A stretch of DNA of 64,000 bases, from NCBI GenBank assembly GCA_965219455.1, contig OZ244744.1, positions 3,872,001-3,936,000 of the forward strand, written 5' to 3'. The first letter of the stretch is position 1, and each line of letters opens with the position of its first letter. Shown in pieces: positions 29,077-38,973 of this stretch. The translations under genes were made by a program, and so were the position numbers. The stretch comes from Candidatus Latescibacterota bacterium (GTDB taxonomy: Bacteria; Latescibacterota; UBA2968; GCA-2709665). Below the pieces are notes generated by a model, which made no database searches, was not told the origin of the DNA, and worked only from the letters and a program-made list of their open reading frames with translations.

Positions 29077-29927
29077 AGCACGTCTCCCAGCGTAAAGGCA
29101 AAAAAGACGGCGCTGATCGCGGCATTCGCGTTCATGAACGCCACGCCCAGTTTTGAAAGGTCATCCGGCTTTACCAGTGAATGCTCGTACACCATCAACC
29201 CCGCCACCACGACCAGTCCTGCCGTGTAGATGGTCCCCAACCCGAAACTCACACCCACCGCGGCCATCAGCAGAAAGGAAACGGCGTGCAAAATTCGTGC
29301 GATGGCCAGCCCCCGACGCACGCCGAAGCGTTGCGGTATCGAATAAATCCCGTGGGCGCGGTCGAACGCCACGTCCTGGGAGGCATAGATGATATCGAAT
29401 CCGGAAACCCAGGCCAATACCGCCCCGGCCAGGAGCAGGATCTCCGCATCCAGACGTCCGGTAATCGCGATCCATGCGCCAATGGGCGCAACCGACAGCG
29501 CGAGTCCGAGAAATAACTGTGTGGCCCACGTAAACCGCTTGGTGTACGAATAGAGGAATACAATACCCAGGGCCACCGGCGATAGCGCGAAACACAGCGG
29601 GTTCAGTCGCCAGGCCGCCAGAACCAGCGCCGCGGAAGAAATCGCGATCAACACGCGCACGGCGCCCGGTGAGATCAGGCCACGCGGCAACTCGCGTGCC
29701 GCCGTTCTGGGATTCGCCGCGTCCACGTCGCGGTCTACCAGCCGGTTGAACCCCATTGCGGCGCTCCTGGCGCCGACCATCGCCACGGCGATCCAGAACA
29801 CCTGCGACAGCCTTATGTCCACCGCCAGCGCCGCCAGTGCCGCGCCACTGAAAGCGAACGGAAGGGCGAAGACGCTGTGCGAAAACTTAATCATTCGCCC
29901 GTAGGTTACAATCCGTTCAACGAACAT
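29067..29927 (-). CDS. ubiA: UbiA-like polyprenyltransferase (MqnP-type)
   Basis: IKFSHSVFALPFA, ARSAAMGFNRLVDRDVDAANPRT, YSYTKRFT, FDIIYASQD. Confidence 0.9.
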   Translation of the reverse strand: MFVERIVTYGRMIKFSHSVFALPFAFSGAALAALAVDIRLSQVFWIAVAMVGARSAAMGFNRLVDRDVDAANPRTAARELPRGLISPGAVRVLIAISSAALVLAAWRLNPLCFALSPVALGIVFLYSYTKRFTWATQLFLGLALSVAPIGAWIAITGRLDAEILLLAGAVLAWVSGFDIIYASQDVAFDRAHGIYSIPQRFGVRRGLAIARILHAVSFLLMAAVGVSFGLGTIYTAGLVVVAGLMVYEHSLVKPDDLSKLGVAFMNANAAISAVFFAFTLGDVLWR

Positions 29928-30101
29928 GGCGTGTCGGACCTGACCGAAACATAGCAACAAGAAAAAAGAATGTGCCATCGCGGCCCTGTCCGTGCGTCCG
30001 GACCGGCTACAATCGCGCGGTGCGTCTGACGTACCAGGGCTGCGGGAGAACAAGCGCGGAAATCTGACCGCTTCGGATTGGATTTCTAGTCACGCTCCTG
30101 G

Positions 30102-30261
30102 CAGCCCGTTAAAAAAGTCCATCCGGTCTGCGGCCGGCTCTTGTGGCCGAATTACTGCGTTGCGCTCCCTTCCCGAATCCCCCGATTCGACTCGGTCGCA
30201 CGTCTTGTCTTCGGTCACAATGGCTCGGCCTCGCCTGCAGAGCGACTTTATCAACGGACTG
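30102..30261. mobile_element. ~160-bp MITE, copy 1
   Basis: Terminal inverted repeats CAGCCCGTTAAAAAAGTC / GACTTTATCAACGGACTG; flanks CTGG/CTAG; abuts the aldo/keto reductase stop codon. Confidence 0.8.
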
Positions 30262-31338
30262 CTAGCGCGGCGCGGCTTCCACGATTTCATCGATTCGCGC
30301 CACGTCGTCGTCCGTCAATTCCACGCCGGCCGCATTCACGTTGTCCTCCAGGTGCCCCATTTTCGTTACGCCGGCGATCACGGACGGCACCTGCTCGTTG
30401 GCCAGCAGCCAGGCGATGGCGAGTTGGGCCAGCGAAATGCCCTTTGACTCCGCAACTGAGAGCAGCCCTTCGACGGCCTCCAGGTAGGGTTCGGTCAGAA
30501 ACTCGGCTTCGTCGCCGTCGTCAATGATCCGTCCACTGGCCTCCTGCAGCTTTCCCTTGCGGTACCGGCCTGTGAGGAGACCGCTCGCGAGCGGGTAATA
30601 GGGAATCACCCCCACGCCCGCCTTGGCCGCCGCCTTCAGGACATCCGACGCCCTGCCGCCTTCCTCGACCGCCAGCGCATCCTGCTGTACAAGATTGTAC
30701 CGGTTCTGCACGGCCACGATCCGCCGGGACACGTCCTTGCTCACCTTATCCAGGGCCGCGACCACGTTGGCCATCTGCTTCGCCGAGTGATTGGATACCG
30801 CCAGGTAACGTACTTTTCCCTGCGAGACCAGATCGTCGAACGCGCCCCAGGTTTCCTCAATTGGAACCCGGTAGTTCCCCTCGTCGTCGGTGCCGTTCTG
30901 GTGAAGATAGAGCAGGTCGATGTAATCCGTCTGCAGCCGCTCCAGGCACTTGTCCACGCCAAAATGAATATACGTCCTGGAGGCGCCGAGTTGATTCGGC
31001 GTGAAGTCGGCCTGCATGGCGTGCTCGGCGCGCACCGGGTTGTGAATCTTGGTGGCCATGACGACCTGCTCTCTGACAGACCGCGGACGAGCGGCGAAAT
31101 AACGCCCCAGCAGGCGTTCTGAATTTCCCGATCCCAGGTTGTAGGAACATGCCGTGTCCCAGTGAAAGACCCCCAATTCCAGGGCCCGGTCCAGGACCTC
31201 GAACCCCTCGTGATCCCCTATGCGGGATCCGTCGTATACCGGATCGCCCCATTTCCACATTCCCAGCCCCACAGCGGACACGAACAGACCGGAGTTTCCG
31301 ACCCGACGGCACGGCATCCCTCTGAATTCCTCTCCCAT
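30262..31338 (-). CDS. Aldo/keto reductase
   Basis: GNSGLFVSAVGLG, WDTACSY, ATK, LERLQTDYIDLLYLH, YYPLASGLLTG; RBS GGAGG before MGEEFR. Confidence 0.92.
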   Translation of the reverse strand: MGEEFRGMPCRRVGNSGLFVSAVGLGMWKWGDPVYDGSRIGDHEGFEVLDRALELGVFHWDTACSYNLGSGNSERLLGRYFAARPRSVREQVVMATKIHNPVRAEHAMQADFTPNQLGASRTYIHFGVDKCLERLQTDYIDLLYLHQNGTDDEGNYRVPIEETWGAFDDLVSQGKVRYLAVSNHSAKQMANVVAALDKVSKDVSRRIVAVQNRYNLVQQDALAVEEGGRASDVLKAAAKAGVGVIPYYPLASGLLTGRYRKGKLQEASGRIIDDGDEAEFLTEPYLEAVEGLLSVAESKGISLAQLAIAWLLANEQVPSVIAGVTKMGHLEDNVNAAGVELTDDDVARIDEIVEAAPR

Positions 31339-31497
31339 ATGGCAGACCTCCAATAGTTGATGATGTCGGTACAAGACACGTCGAACGTCGCGTCCGACGA
31401 AAAACCAGAGGTACCCGCCGGGTCACGGGTCCTTTCGCAGTGCGCCTGTATGTTGAAGCCCGGGCCGACATTTCCCGATCGGGCCGAACCGAAACCG

Positions 31498-34317
31498 CTA
31501 ATGTTCCCCCATATTCGGATGCTGATTGTGCCAATCCGAGGCCTGCTCGTACGCCCGGCCGACACTCAGCAGGGTCGCTTCGTCGTAGAGGTTTCCGATC
31601 AGCGTCAGTCCCCTGGGCATCCCGTCTACGAATCCGCACTTCAATGTCAGCGCCGGATGGCCCGTCAGATTGGTAATGCTCAGACTGGCGCCGGCTTTGC
31701 CCGGTGCGAGCAACACGTCCCAATTCGTCATCAATTCCTCGAGATCCCGAATCATCAGGGAACGCACCTGTTGCGCGCGCAGATATTCCACGGCGGGGAC
31801 CATCCGGCCGCTTCGGAAAACCGTGGGCCAGGAACTGCTGTCCGCAGCGGTCATTGAATCCAGTTCGCCCGCCCGCGTCGCGCTGTCGAACGCGGCGGCC
31901 GCTTCCACGCACAGCATCATCGAGACCGCGCCGTGGGGGCACTCCGGTAACGTCACCGGCTCCACCGGCAGTCCGAGATCCGCAAACTTCCGAAACGCGG
32001 CTTCGTAGACCGCCCGCTCCCTGGCATCGTGCAGCGCATCGAATTCCGGCCGTATAAAGCCGATTCGTAAGGCCTTCATATCCGGGATCGCGGGCCAGTT
32101 GAACGGCGCGTCCACCACGGAACGGTCTCTCCCGTCCGGCCCGTGGATGGCGCTGAACACGGCCGCGCAATCTTCAACGCCGCGGCACATCGGACCCAGT
32201 TTGTCCATGGTCCAGGCCAGCGCCATCGCGCCGTATCGGCTCACGCGGCCGTACGTCGGCCGCAGCCCCGCCACCCCGCAGGTATGGCTCGGCGAAACGA
32301 TGGATCCCTGGGTCTCCGAGCCGATGCTGAACCCCACGAGGCCGGCGGCGGTCGCGGCGCCCGGGCCGGCCGATGACCCGCTGGACTGAGTCTCAACATC
32401 CCATGGATTCCGTGTCATTCCGCCGAACCAGTGCGCCCCCATCGCAAGCGCTCCGGTTGAGAGCTTGGCCACCAGGACCGCGCCCGCTTCCCGAAGCCGT
32501 TCCACTACGGCCGCGTCGGTTTCACCGGTCTGTTTCTTGAAGGGGGTGGCGCCCCACGTGGTCCGGATTCCCTTTGTAGCCAGCAGGTCCTTGGCGCCCC
32601 AGGGGATTCCGTGCAGCGGCCCACGGTAATTCCCGGCCATGATCTCCGCCTCCGCGGCCTTCGCCTGCGCTATTGCCAGTTCTTCGGTGAGCGAAACCAC
32701 GCAATGCAATTTCTCGCCGAAGGCTTCCAGACGGTCCAGGTAGAGCCGGGTGAGTTCAACGGGCGATACGTCCCGGGTTTCCACAAGGCGGGCCAGGGCG
32801 CTCACCGGGAGGAAAGCCAGATCGTCCGTGGATGGGGGCCGTTCGACCTCGGAGGCATGTAGCCGGAACGCCCGCTGTTGTCCGGACGGGGGCGGTTTTA
32901 CGCCGGGCAGGAATATCGACGCCGGGGACACGTCGTAGCCCACGTCGACCTCGCGAAGTTCCCGGTACCGGAGTCGATATTGCTCGACGTCCCGCCGCAT
33001 TTTCCCGCGCTGCTCTTCGGTAAATCGGATTCCGCTGAGCCGTTCCGACCCCTCGATCCGTGCGTCTACGACACTTGCTTCCACGTCCGCGATATCGACC
33101 AGCGATACGTGTCGAATCTCCGTATCGATATCCGGGCTGCACCCCTCGCCGATATGTCCATGGGTATAGACAAGACGCGGAACGTCAACCCGGTTGTGTC
33201 CCGTTTGCCGTTCCAGGCTGGGCAACCAGTTCGATACGTCCGGCTCGTTCGAAGATACCCGGTAGCCGGTAAACGTCTCCCCGTCGTCGCGCGACGTAAA
33301 CAGCGCGATCTCGTTACTGGAATCCGCCCAACCGCCGCCTTGTTGACAGACGACGCCGGCTGCGTAGATGACGCCGTCGTCGGCAATGCTGAGCGCGCAA
33401 ACATCGGACATTTCGCAGGGGCCATAGAGCCGCTCTGCCTCGGGCATCAGCGAAACGACCCTCCAGCCACTCTTGCCCCAGGCGTAAAAATACGTCTCCG
33501 CCGCGTCGCCCTCCCGGCGATTCAGCGTAAAGCAGGGTGCTCCCCGGCTTTTGGATACCACGTTGCCCATACGGACGTCCAGGCCTTCGTCGAACTCGAT
33601 AACGCATGGGGAGGCCGGCGTCGCGGGCAGGCACAACGCATTCCCGTCCATGGTTTCCCAATTCCCGCCTCCGTCGCGGGAACGCATCACGCCGAAGCCC
33701 CTGCCTCTTGTTTCGCTGTAATCCGCTTCCGTGGCCCGTACGATATGATAGGCCAGAACCAGCGTTCCGCTCTTGTCGATGTGAATCGCGTTTTCGAATT
33801 GGGTATACGCAGGCGGTCCTTCCGGATCCACGAGCCTGGCCGGATCCGTCCATTGGCCGTCTTTTGCCTTTTTCTGATATACCAGCGACCACGGCCGTTC
33901 TTCGGTGTGAGACCCCCGGTAACAGGCGTGCAACGTATCGTCCTCGTCGCACACCAGGCTCGGATAGGTGGCCGTTTGCCCTCCGAACGAGGGTTGTTCC
34001 ACCCACGAGGTTGCGGTATTGGGGCGTCTGCTCACCACGTGCCGGATCGGATTGTGATGAGGACCGAATACCAGATGCAGGTATCCCCGGGAATCCATCG
34101 CAAACGCCGCCCCGGCGTGGTTGTCGTCCCCGGTTCCGACGTAGACCGGTCTGCCCCAGCGCCCGGACCGGTGATGGTAGGTCCGCACGTAGATCTTGCA
34201 GATCTGATCAAGCCACGCAACGTGGGTCTTTCCCGCGTGGGTCAGGATCTTGTTGCTCATCGTGTACGCGGTTCCCCGCGTTGAACCCGTTATGGAGAGT
34301 ACCTTGTGTTTCATCAT
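31498..34317 (-). CDS. Fusion: BNR/Asp-box beta-propeller domain + amidase signature domain
   Basis: N-terminal half has DNHAG, GPHH, TYPSL and Asp-boxes SRDGGGNW and SRDDGETF; C-terminal half has GPLHGIPWGAKDL and SGSSAG...GSETQGSI. Confidence 0.85.
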   Translation of the reverse strand: MMKHKVLSITGSTRGTAYTMSNKILTHAGKTHVAWLDQICKIYVRTYHHRSGRWGRPVYVGTGDDNHAGAAFAMDSRGYLHLVFGPHHNPIRHVVSRRPNTATSWVEQPSFGGQTATYPSLVCDEDDTLHACYRGSHTEERPWSLVYQKKAKDGQWTDPARLVDPEGPPAYTQFENAIHIDKSGTLVLAYHIVRATEADYSETRGRGFGVMRSRDGGGNWETMDGNALCLPATPASPCVIEFDEGLDVRMGNVVSKSRGAPCFTLNRREGDAAETYFYAWGKSGWRVVSLMPEAERLYGPCEMSDVCALSIADDGVIYAAGVVCQQGGGWADSSNEIALFTSRDDGETFTGYRVSSNEPDVSNWLPSLERQTGHNRVDVPRLVYTHGHIGEGCSPDIDTEIRHVSLVDIADVEASVVDARIEGSERLSGIRFTEEQRGKMRRDVEQYRLRYRELREVDVGYDVSPASIFLPGVKPPPSGQQRAFRLHASEVERPPSTDDLAFLPVSALARLVETRDVSPVELTRLYLDRLEAFGEKLHCVVSLTEELAIAQAKAAEAEIMAGNYRGPLHGIPWGAKDLLATKGIRTTWGATPFKKQTGETDAAVVERLREAGAVLVAKLSTGALAMGAHWFGGMTRNPWDVETQSSGSSAGPGAATAAGLVGFSIGSETQGSIVSPSHTCGVAGLRPTYGRVSRYGAMALAWTMDKLGPMCRGVEDCAAVFSAIHGPDGRDRSVVDAPFNWPAIPDMKALRIGFIRPEFDALHDARERAVYEAAFRKFADLGLPVEPVTLPECPHGAVSMMLCVEAAAAFDSATRAGELDSMTAADSSSWPTVFRSGRMVPAVEYLRAQQVRSLMIRDLEELMTNWDVLLAPGKAGASLSITNLTGHPALTLKCGFVDGMPRGLTLIGNLYDEATLLSVGRAYEQASDWHNQHPNMGEH

Positions 34318-34335
34318 TCCCGATCGTCTCACGCC

Positions 34336-35037
34336 TTACGCGTCCACGTCGATTCTTGTCACCCATCCCGACGTCGCGTCGCAATAGAGAAATCCCGCCT
34401 GGAATGAGGAAAGCCCGTGCGGCTCCGGGTCTGTGGGGGGAACGTCGATCCGATCCATTATGGATCCGGTTTCCACGTCGAGTTTCACGATGGTCCGCTC
34501 CGACGTGTGTACAACCCACACCCCGTCCTCCACGCGCACGACGCCATGCGCCCGTCCGTACGGGAGGGGAATCACCCGCTGAACGGACCAGTCCGAGATC
34601 CGCACCTGGGTCAGCGTCTGGTCCTTCAACGTGGTCAGCCACATCGTTCCCGTTTCATACGAATCGTATTCCAGCCCGTGCGTTCCGCCGCCGCCCGGCA
34701 ACGGCCATCGTCCCCGGGTTTTTCCGGTCTCGGGATCCACGCGCAGGATCTCGCCCGACGCCGCATCGGCGTCACGAGCCGTACGCCACTTCTCCGCCGG
34801 ACCGTTGGCCGCCAGCCAGAGCGATCCGTCGCCCCAGGCGAGCCCGCTCGTGTTGGACGACTCGGTCGACACTTCAGACCGCATCCGCAGCATCCCGTAC
34901 TCGTCCTCCCCCGATACCTCCAATAACGCGGCGCGATCCGTTACCTGGTCGACTACCCAGATGCCGTCGTCGGTTACCTGCACCCCGTTCGGCATAGCGT
35001 ATGGCGCTCTGAACCAGCGTTCGATTTTCATTCCCAT
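34336..35037 (-). CDS. Hypothetical beta-propeller protein
   Basis: Repeated PNG/TSGLAW/THGLEY/AHGV/PHGL blade motifs; RBS GGAGAG. Confidence 0.7.
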   Translation of the reverse strand: MGMKIERWFRAPYAMPNGVQVTDDGIWVVDQVTDRAALLEVSGEDEYGMLRMRSEVSTESSNTSGLAWGDGSLWLAANGPAEKWRTARDADAASGEILRVDPETGKTRGRWPLPGGGGTHGLEYDSYETGTMWLTTLKDQTLTQVRISDWSVQRVIPLPYGRAHGVVRVEDGVWVVHTSERTIVKLDVETGSIMDRIDVPPTDPEPHGLSSFQAGFLYCDATSGWVTRIDVDA

Positions 35038-35155
35038 GGCAAATGTCTCTCCCACGTGCGCCTTGGCCGAGCAGGCGTCCGATAGTTTGCGCATTCCACC
35101 GGGCGGCGCCGGTCCCGCAAGCACGACGGCCCCGGCGGGCACCCAAGGATCGCCA

Positions 35156-36253
35156 TCACGCGACTCGCCGTCCTACGGCCTCGAACAGCCGGTACTCCAC
35201 CCACGCGTGCTCGCAGCAAGGCCCCCGGGAAAACCACACACGCCCATTCGACGGTTCCAGCACAATGCCGCATATTGTCTGCCCGCATCCGGCCACGCTG
35301 TGCCTGCAGATCGAGACGGGACTGTTGACGTGGTCTCTCAGCGCGGACTTGATCGTCTCCGCATCGGGGTCTGCCGATCCCCGCAGGAGCCGCGTGGCCC
35401 GGCCCCATCGCGCGAGGCTCTGTCCTCGCTGATCGTAAGCCCGAGCTTCCAGCGGCTTGAGGCGGTCGGCCAGATAGTGATTCGAGTGAGCCATCGGCCC
35501 GTCGAACGGACAGGTGGCCTCGTAGTCCGCTGCCGTGGTTTCCAGGTTGTAAATTTCACCATTCCGGTCGCACAGGACATAATTCATCCCGGATGCACGT
35601 CGGGAGGAGACCACCGCGTCAATTGCGTCTCCGATCTGTACGGCGGACAGGATCCGTCGAATGACGAATGGGTACGGGACGCCTGGGCCGGCGTCTGTGG
35701 GGACGAGGTTGTTGATCACCACGCCGATGCCTTCGCTGTTCATGCCGGCGCACCCCAGCATCCCCGCCGTCGTGTAAATCAGCGCGTCCGGGCCCTCACC
35801 GGTGATTTTCAATAGCGCCGCCGACGCCTGGAAAATTTCCGCCAGGTCGTAATTCTGCCCGATGGCGGCCCTCACTCCACCCCCACTGTCCGGTACCATC
35901 AACGTCGTACAACCCGCCTCCGCGAAGGTCGGAGACAGGTAGTCGAATATGTCCAGGAACCCGTTCAGCGCCAGGATTTCCTCGTAAGGAACGCCTGCCC
36001 CCATTGCAATTCCCCTTGCTTCGTCCACCAGGTCCGTAGCGTACGCTTCCGCGGGCTTCGCGTAGGTCCGGGTGATCTCAAGTACCCTTGTTTTGCTCAA
36101 CACAGGTACGAGATGTTCGCGGCTCAGGCGCTCCAAATATGCGAAATAGACCGGCAGCAGCGCACATATCTTCTCCCGGAACGCCTCTCCGTGCGCCTGC
36201 CCGCGATTCACGGGCGATCCCGATACCTCGAGGAGCGGAAATCCGTCGTTCAT
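35156..36253 (-). CDS. Peptidase C45 (AAT, Ntn-hydrolase) family
   Basis: RGQAHGE, GCTT cleavage site, GQNYD, GMNSEG, HSNHY. Confidence 0.9.
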   Translation of the reverse strand: MNDGFPLLEVSGSPVNRGQAHGEAFREKICALLPVYFAYLERLSREHLVPVLSKTRVLEITRTYAKPAEAYATDLVDEARGIAMGAGVPYEEILALNGFLDIFDYLSPTFAEAGCTTLMVPDSGGGVRAAIGQNYDLAEIFQASAALLKITGEGPDALIYTTAGMLGCAGMNSEGIGVVINNLVPTDAGPGVPYPFVIRRILSAVQIGDAIDAVVSSRRASGMNYVLCDRNGEIYNLETTAADYEATCPFDGPMAHSNHYLADRLKPLEARAYDQRGQSLARWGRATRLLRGSADPDAETIKSALRDHVNSPVSICRHSVAGCGQTICGIVLEPSNGRVWFSRGPCCEHAWVEYRLFEAVGRRVA

Positions 36254-36302
36254 TGTTTTTCTCCTTCATCGTGCGGACGGCGGTGGATATGCGGCGACTG
36301 AC

Positions 36303-37718
36303 TCAAGACTGACCTACCGATGTTTCCTTGTTTTCCCCTGCATCCCGCGCCTGCAGTTTCTTTGCCGTTTTCGACGAACCGATGTAGAGGGCGTTGGAGG
36401 CCGCTTCGGAACTGGGAAATGGCCCTTCGTGCCGGGTGCCGTGCCACTGCAAATTGGTATACATCGGATTCGTCAGGCCCGTTTCCGCCTCTCGTTTCGC
36501 AATCCACGCGTCCATGCGGTTTCGCAGCATCCGCGCCACCCCGGGTTCCTTTTCTGCAAGATTCACGTTCTCGTCCGGGTCCTCCACCAGGTTGTACAGT
36601 TCCACCTCGGGTTTCCCGTGGAAATCGGGCTCCAGGGCCACAATCAACTTCCATTCGGGGGTGCGCCACCCGTGCTTGCGCATCCAGGTGGCTTCCGTAA
36701 TGTAGAATTCGGACCGGTTCGATGCCCGCGTTCCCTGAATCAGCGGCAACATGCTCGCCCCGTCAAACGCGATCTTTGATTCCATCCCCAGAAACTCCAA
36801 TAGGGTTGGAACGAGATCGGGGTGGCTGGTATATCCCGGAACCCGCAGCCCTTCAGGCAACACGCCGGGCAGGCGTAGAATCAGCGGCACGTGCAGGATG
36901 CAATCGTACATCCCGTGATGATCGAAATAACAATCGTGATCGGCCAGCGTCTCTCCGTGGTCTCCGTTGAATACGACCAGTGTATCTTCGGCCAGACCCA
37001 GTTCCTCCAGGCGCGTGAGGATGCGCTGGATGCAGGCATCCATATACGCGACTTCGCCGTCGTACTGTGCGATTACATAGTCCGCGTCGGTGATGCCTGG
37101 CGGCATCCAGCTGAGATGAAAGTCCCGAAACGGTTTGAAATTCCGCACCGGATCCATTGAAGTTCTGGTCGGGTCGCACGGGTCGCGGCTGTAGAACATC
37201 GTATCGTACGGCGACGGCGGCAGGTACGGCGCGTGGGGATCCATGTGCCGCAGAAACAGGAAGAAGGGCTCGTCAGCCGCCGCAAGGCGCTCCAGTTCCG
37301 GAATCGCAACGTCGTTCAGCCACTCGGCTTTGCGCAGGGGTCGCTGGTCCCAGGACCCCCACGCCTCGTAGTTCAGGTATCTGTCGAACCCCCGAGAACT
37401 GGGGTTGCCCGTGAAACCGACACAGGTGGTATCGTAACCCGCGTCCCGCAGAATCTCGGGCAGACTGGCCACCTCCGGCCTCAAGCCGCCCTGGTGGCGT
37501 AGCGCCACGACCTGGGTTGAAAAACAATCCAGGCCCGTCAGCATCGATGCATAGGCCGACGTTGTTGGAATATGCGGGCTGTAATTTTTCTCGAACAACA
37601 CCCCCTGCGCGGCCAGCCTATCCGCGTAGGGGGTTGTCAGCCGTTCGTAACCGTAACAGCTCATATGGGCCGCCCACAGGCTGTCAACGCCGAAAAACAA
37701 CAGATTGCATTTTCTCAC
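36303..37718 (-). CDS. Sulfatase-like (alkaline phosphatase superfamily) hydrolase
   Basis: DSL...SCYGY.R.TTP, PTTSAYASMLTG, DPHAPY, GDHGE, HVPLI, ELYNL..DPDE. Confidence 0.88.
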   Translation of the reverse strand: MRKCNLLFFGVDSLWAAHMSCYGYERLTTPYADRLAAQGVLFEKNYSPHIPTTSAYASMLTGLDCFSTQVVALRHQGGLRPEVASLPEILRDAGYDTTCVGFTGNPSSRGFDRYLNYEAWGSWDQRPLRKAEWLNDVAIPELERLAAADEPFFLFLRHMDPHAPYLPPSPYDTMFYSRDPCDPTRTSMDPVRNFKPFRDFHLSWMPPGITDADYVIAQYDGEVAYMDACIQRILTRLEELGLAEDTLVVFNGDHGETLADHDCYFDHHGMYDCILHVPLILRLPGVLPEGLRVPGYTSHPDLVPTLLEFLGMESKIAFDGASMLPLIQGTRASNRSEFYITEATWMRKHGWRTPEWKLIVALEPDFHGKPEVELYNLVEDPDENVNLAEKEPGVARMLRNRMDAWIAKREAETGLTNPMYTNLQWHGTRHEGPFPSSEAASNALYIGSSKTAKKLQARDAGENKETSVGQS

Positions 37719-37799
37719 GGTCCTGGAACCCTTTCCGTTTCTGCGAAGAACGGGCCATGGGGATAGGGTAATCCCCCGGTCCCGTCGCCCTGCGAGGAC

Positions 37800-38894
37800 T
37801 CATCCATTCGCCAGAGGGAGTTTCACCGGCTGTCCGGTTTCGTAACACTGCAGTGCCGCAAACGCGATCTCATGCGTTACAATCGCATCGTCCAGGTTGC
37901 AGTGCGATTCGGTGTCTGACTGTATGCATTCCACGAAATGATCCATCTGTCCCTGGAACGGGTGGTGGGACACATCCGCGCTATCCGGCAGAATAGCGGG
38001 GATTTCCACCCAGTCGTTCTGTCCCGGATACTTGTGTGACCAGACCTTGTTGTCCTTTACCGTCCCTTTGCTGCCGAAAATCTCCAAGGGGAACGTATAC
38101 GGCATGATGCACCCGTAGTTCACGGAGACTTTTCCGACGGCGCCGTTGGAGAACTTCACCAGGGCAACTTCCAGGTCGTCGTATTCCAGGGGCAGCCCGT
38201 CGACCCACTTGTTGGCCAGGTAGTCGAATTCCTTCTTGAGTCCCTTCCGATAGCCACCCGAATACGCAAAGACCTCCACGGGTTCGGCCGCCTCGAACTC
38301 ACCCCGGGCGGCGAACCAGCGCAGCGAGTCGATCGCGTGGCAGCCGCCGGTCAGGAAGGCGCTTACGCCCGTGCTTGTTTTTCTGGCCTCGTCCCAGCCC
38401 GTCCACCAGCTTGCGATATCGTGCTGGTAGTCCGTCTCCACGTAGAAGACGTCTCCCAGGGCATCGTCGGCAACCATGGCCTTGACCGTTTCGAACAGCG
38501 GATTCCAGCGCAGCACGAAACTCACCACCGTCCGCACGCCTACCTTGTGCACGGCCTCGCGCATCGCCCTCATCTCGTCCGGACTGTTGGCAATCGGCTT
38601 CTCGATGACGATGTGTTTCCCGGCCTCCGCGGCGGCGATGGTATTCCCGGCGTGAAAGCGCTGTGGGGTGCATACGCACACGATGTCCACCCCGTCGTGC
38701 GACAGGGCCTGCTCATAGTTGTCGTACAGCCCGACGTTCTCCAGGCCGGCCTCTTCGGCCCGCGCTCGAGCGCTCGACAGTTTCCGGCTGGATACCGCCA
38801 CCACCTCTGTATGCGGATTCTTGGTATAGGCCATGACGTGCTGCGTGGAAACCCAGCCCGCGCCATGAACCAGAACCCCCAGTTTATCGGCCAT
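37800..38894 (-). CDS. Gfo/Idh/MocA oxidoreductase
   Basis: GAGWV, CTPQRFH, GKHIVIEKP, GCHAID. Confidence 0.9.
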   Translation of the reverse strand: MADKLGVLVHGAGWVSTQHVMAYTKNPHTEVVAVSSRKLSSARARAEEAGLENVGLYDNYEQALSHDGVDIVCVCTPQRFHAGNTIAAAEAGKHIVIEKPIANSPDEMRAMREAVHKVGVRTVVSFVLRWNPLFETVKAMVADDALGDVFYVETDYQHDIASWWTGWDEARKTSTGVSAFLTGGCHAIDSLRWFAARGEFEAAEPVEVFAYSGGYRKGLKKEFDYLANKWVDGLPLEYDDLEVALVKFSNGAVGKVSVNYGCIMPYTFPLEIFGSKGTVKDNKVWSHKYPGQNDWVEIPAILPDSADVSHHPFQGQMDHFVECIQSDTESHCNLDDAIVTHEIAFAALQCYETGQPVKLPLANG

Positions 38895-38973
38895 TTCAAA
38901 CCTCCTTGGAGTGTTTATTGAGCGGCGGGTAACCGGGCATCTTTTTGGAGTTACCCGCGACCCGGCATTTCGA

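Noticed and set aside
32878-35815. Long + strand ORFs (468, 463, 394 aa) and similar ones at 51524-53212 and 56345-57538
   Set aside because: Antisense shadows of well-supported genes in GC-rich DNA; no recognisable motifs.
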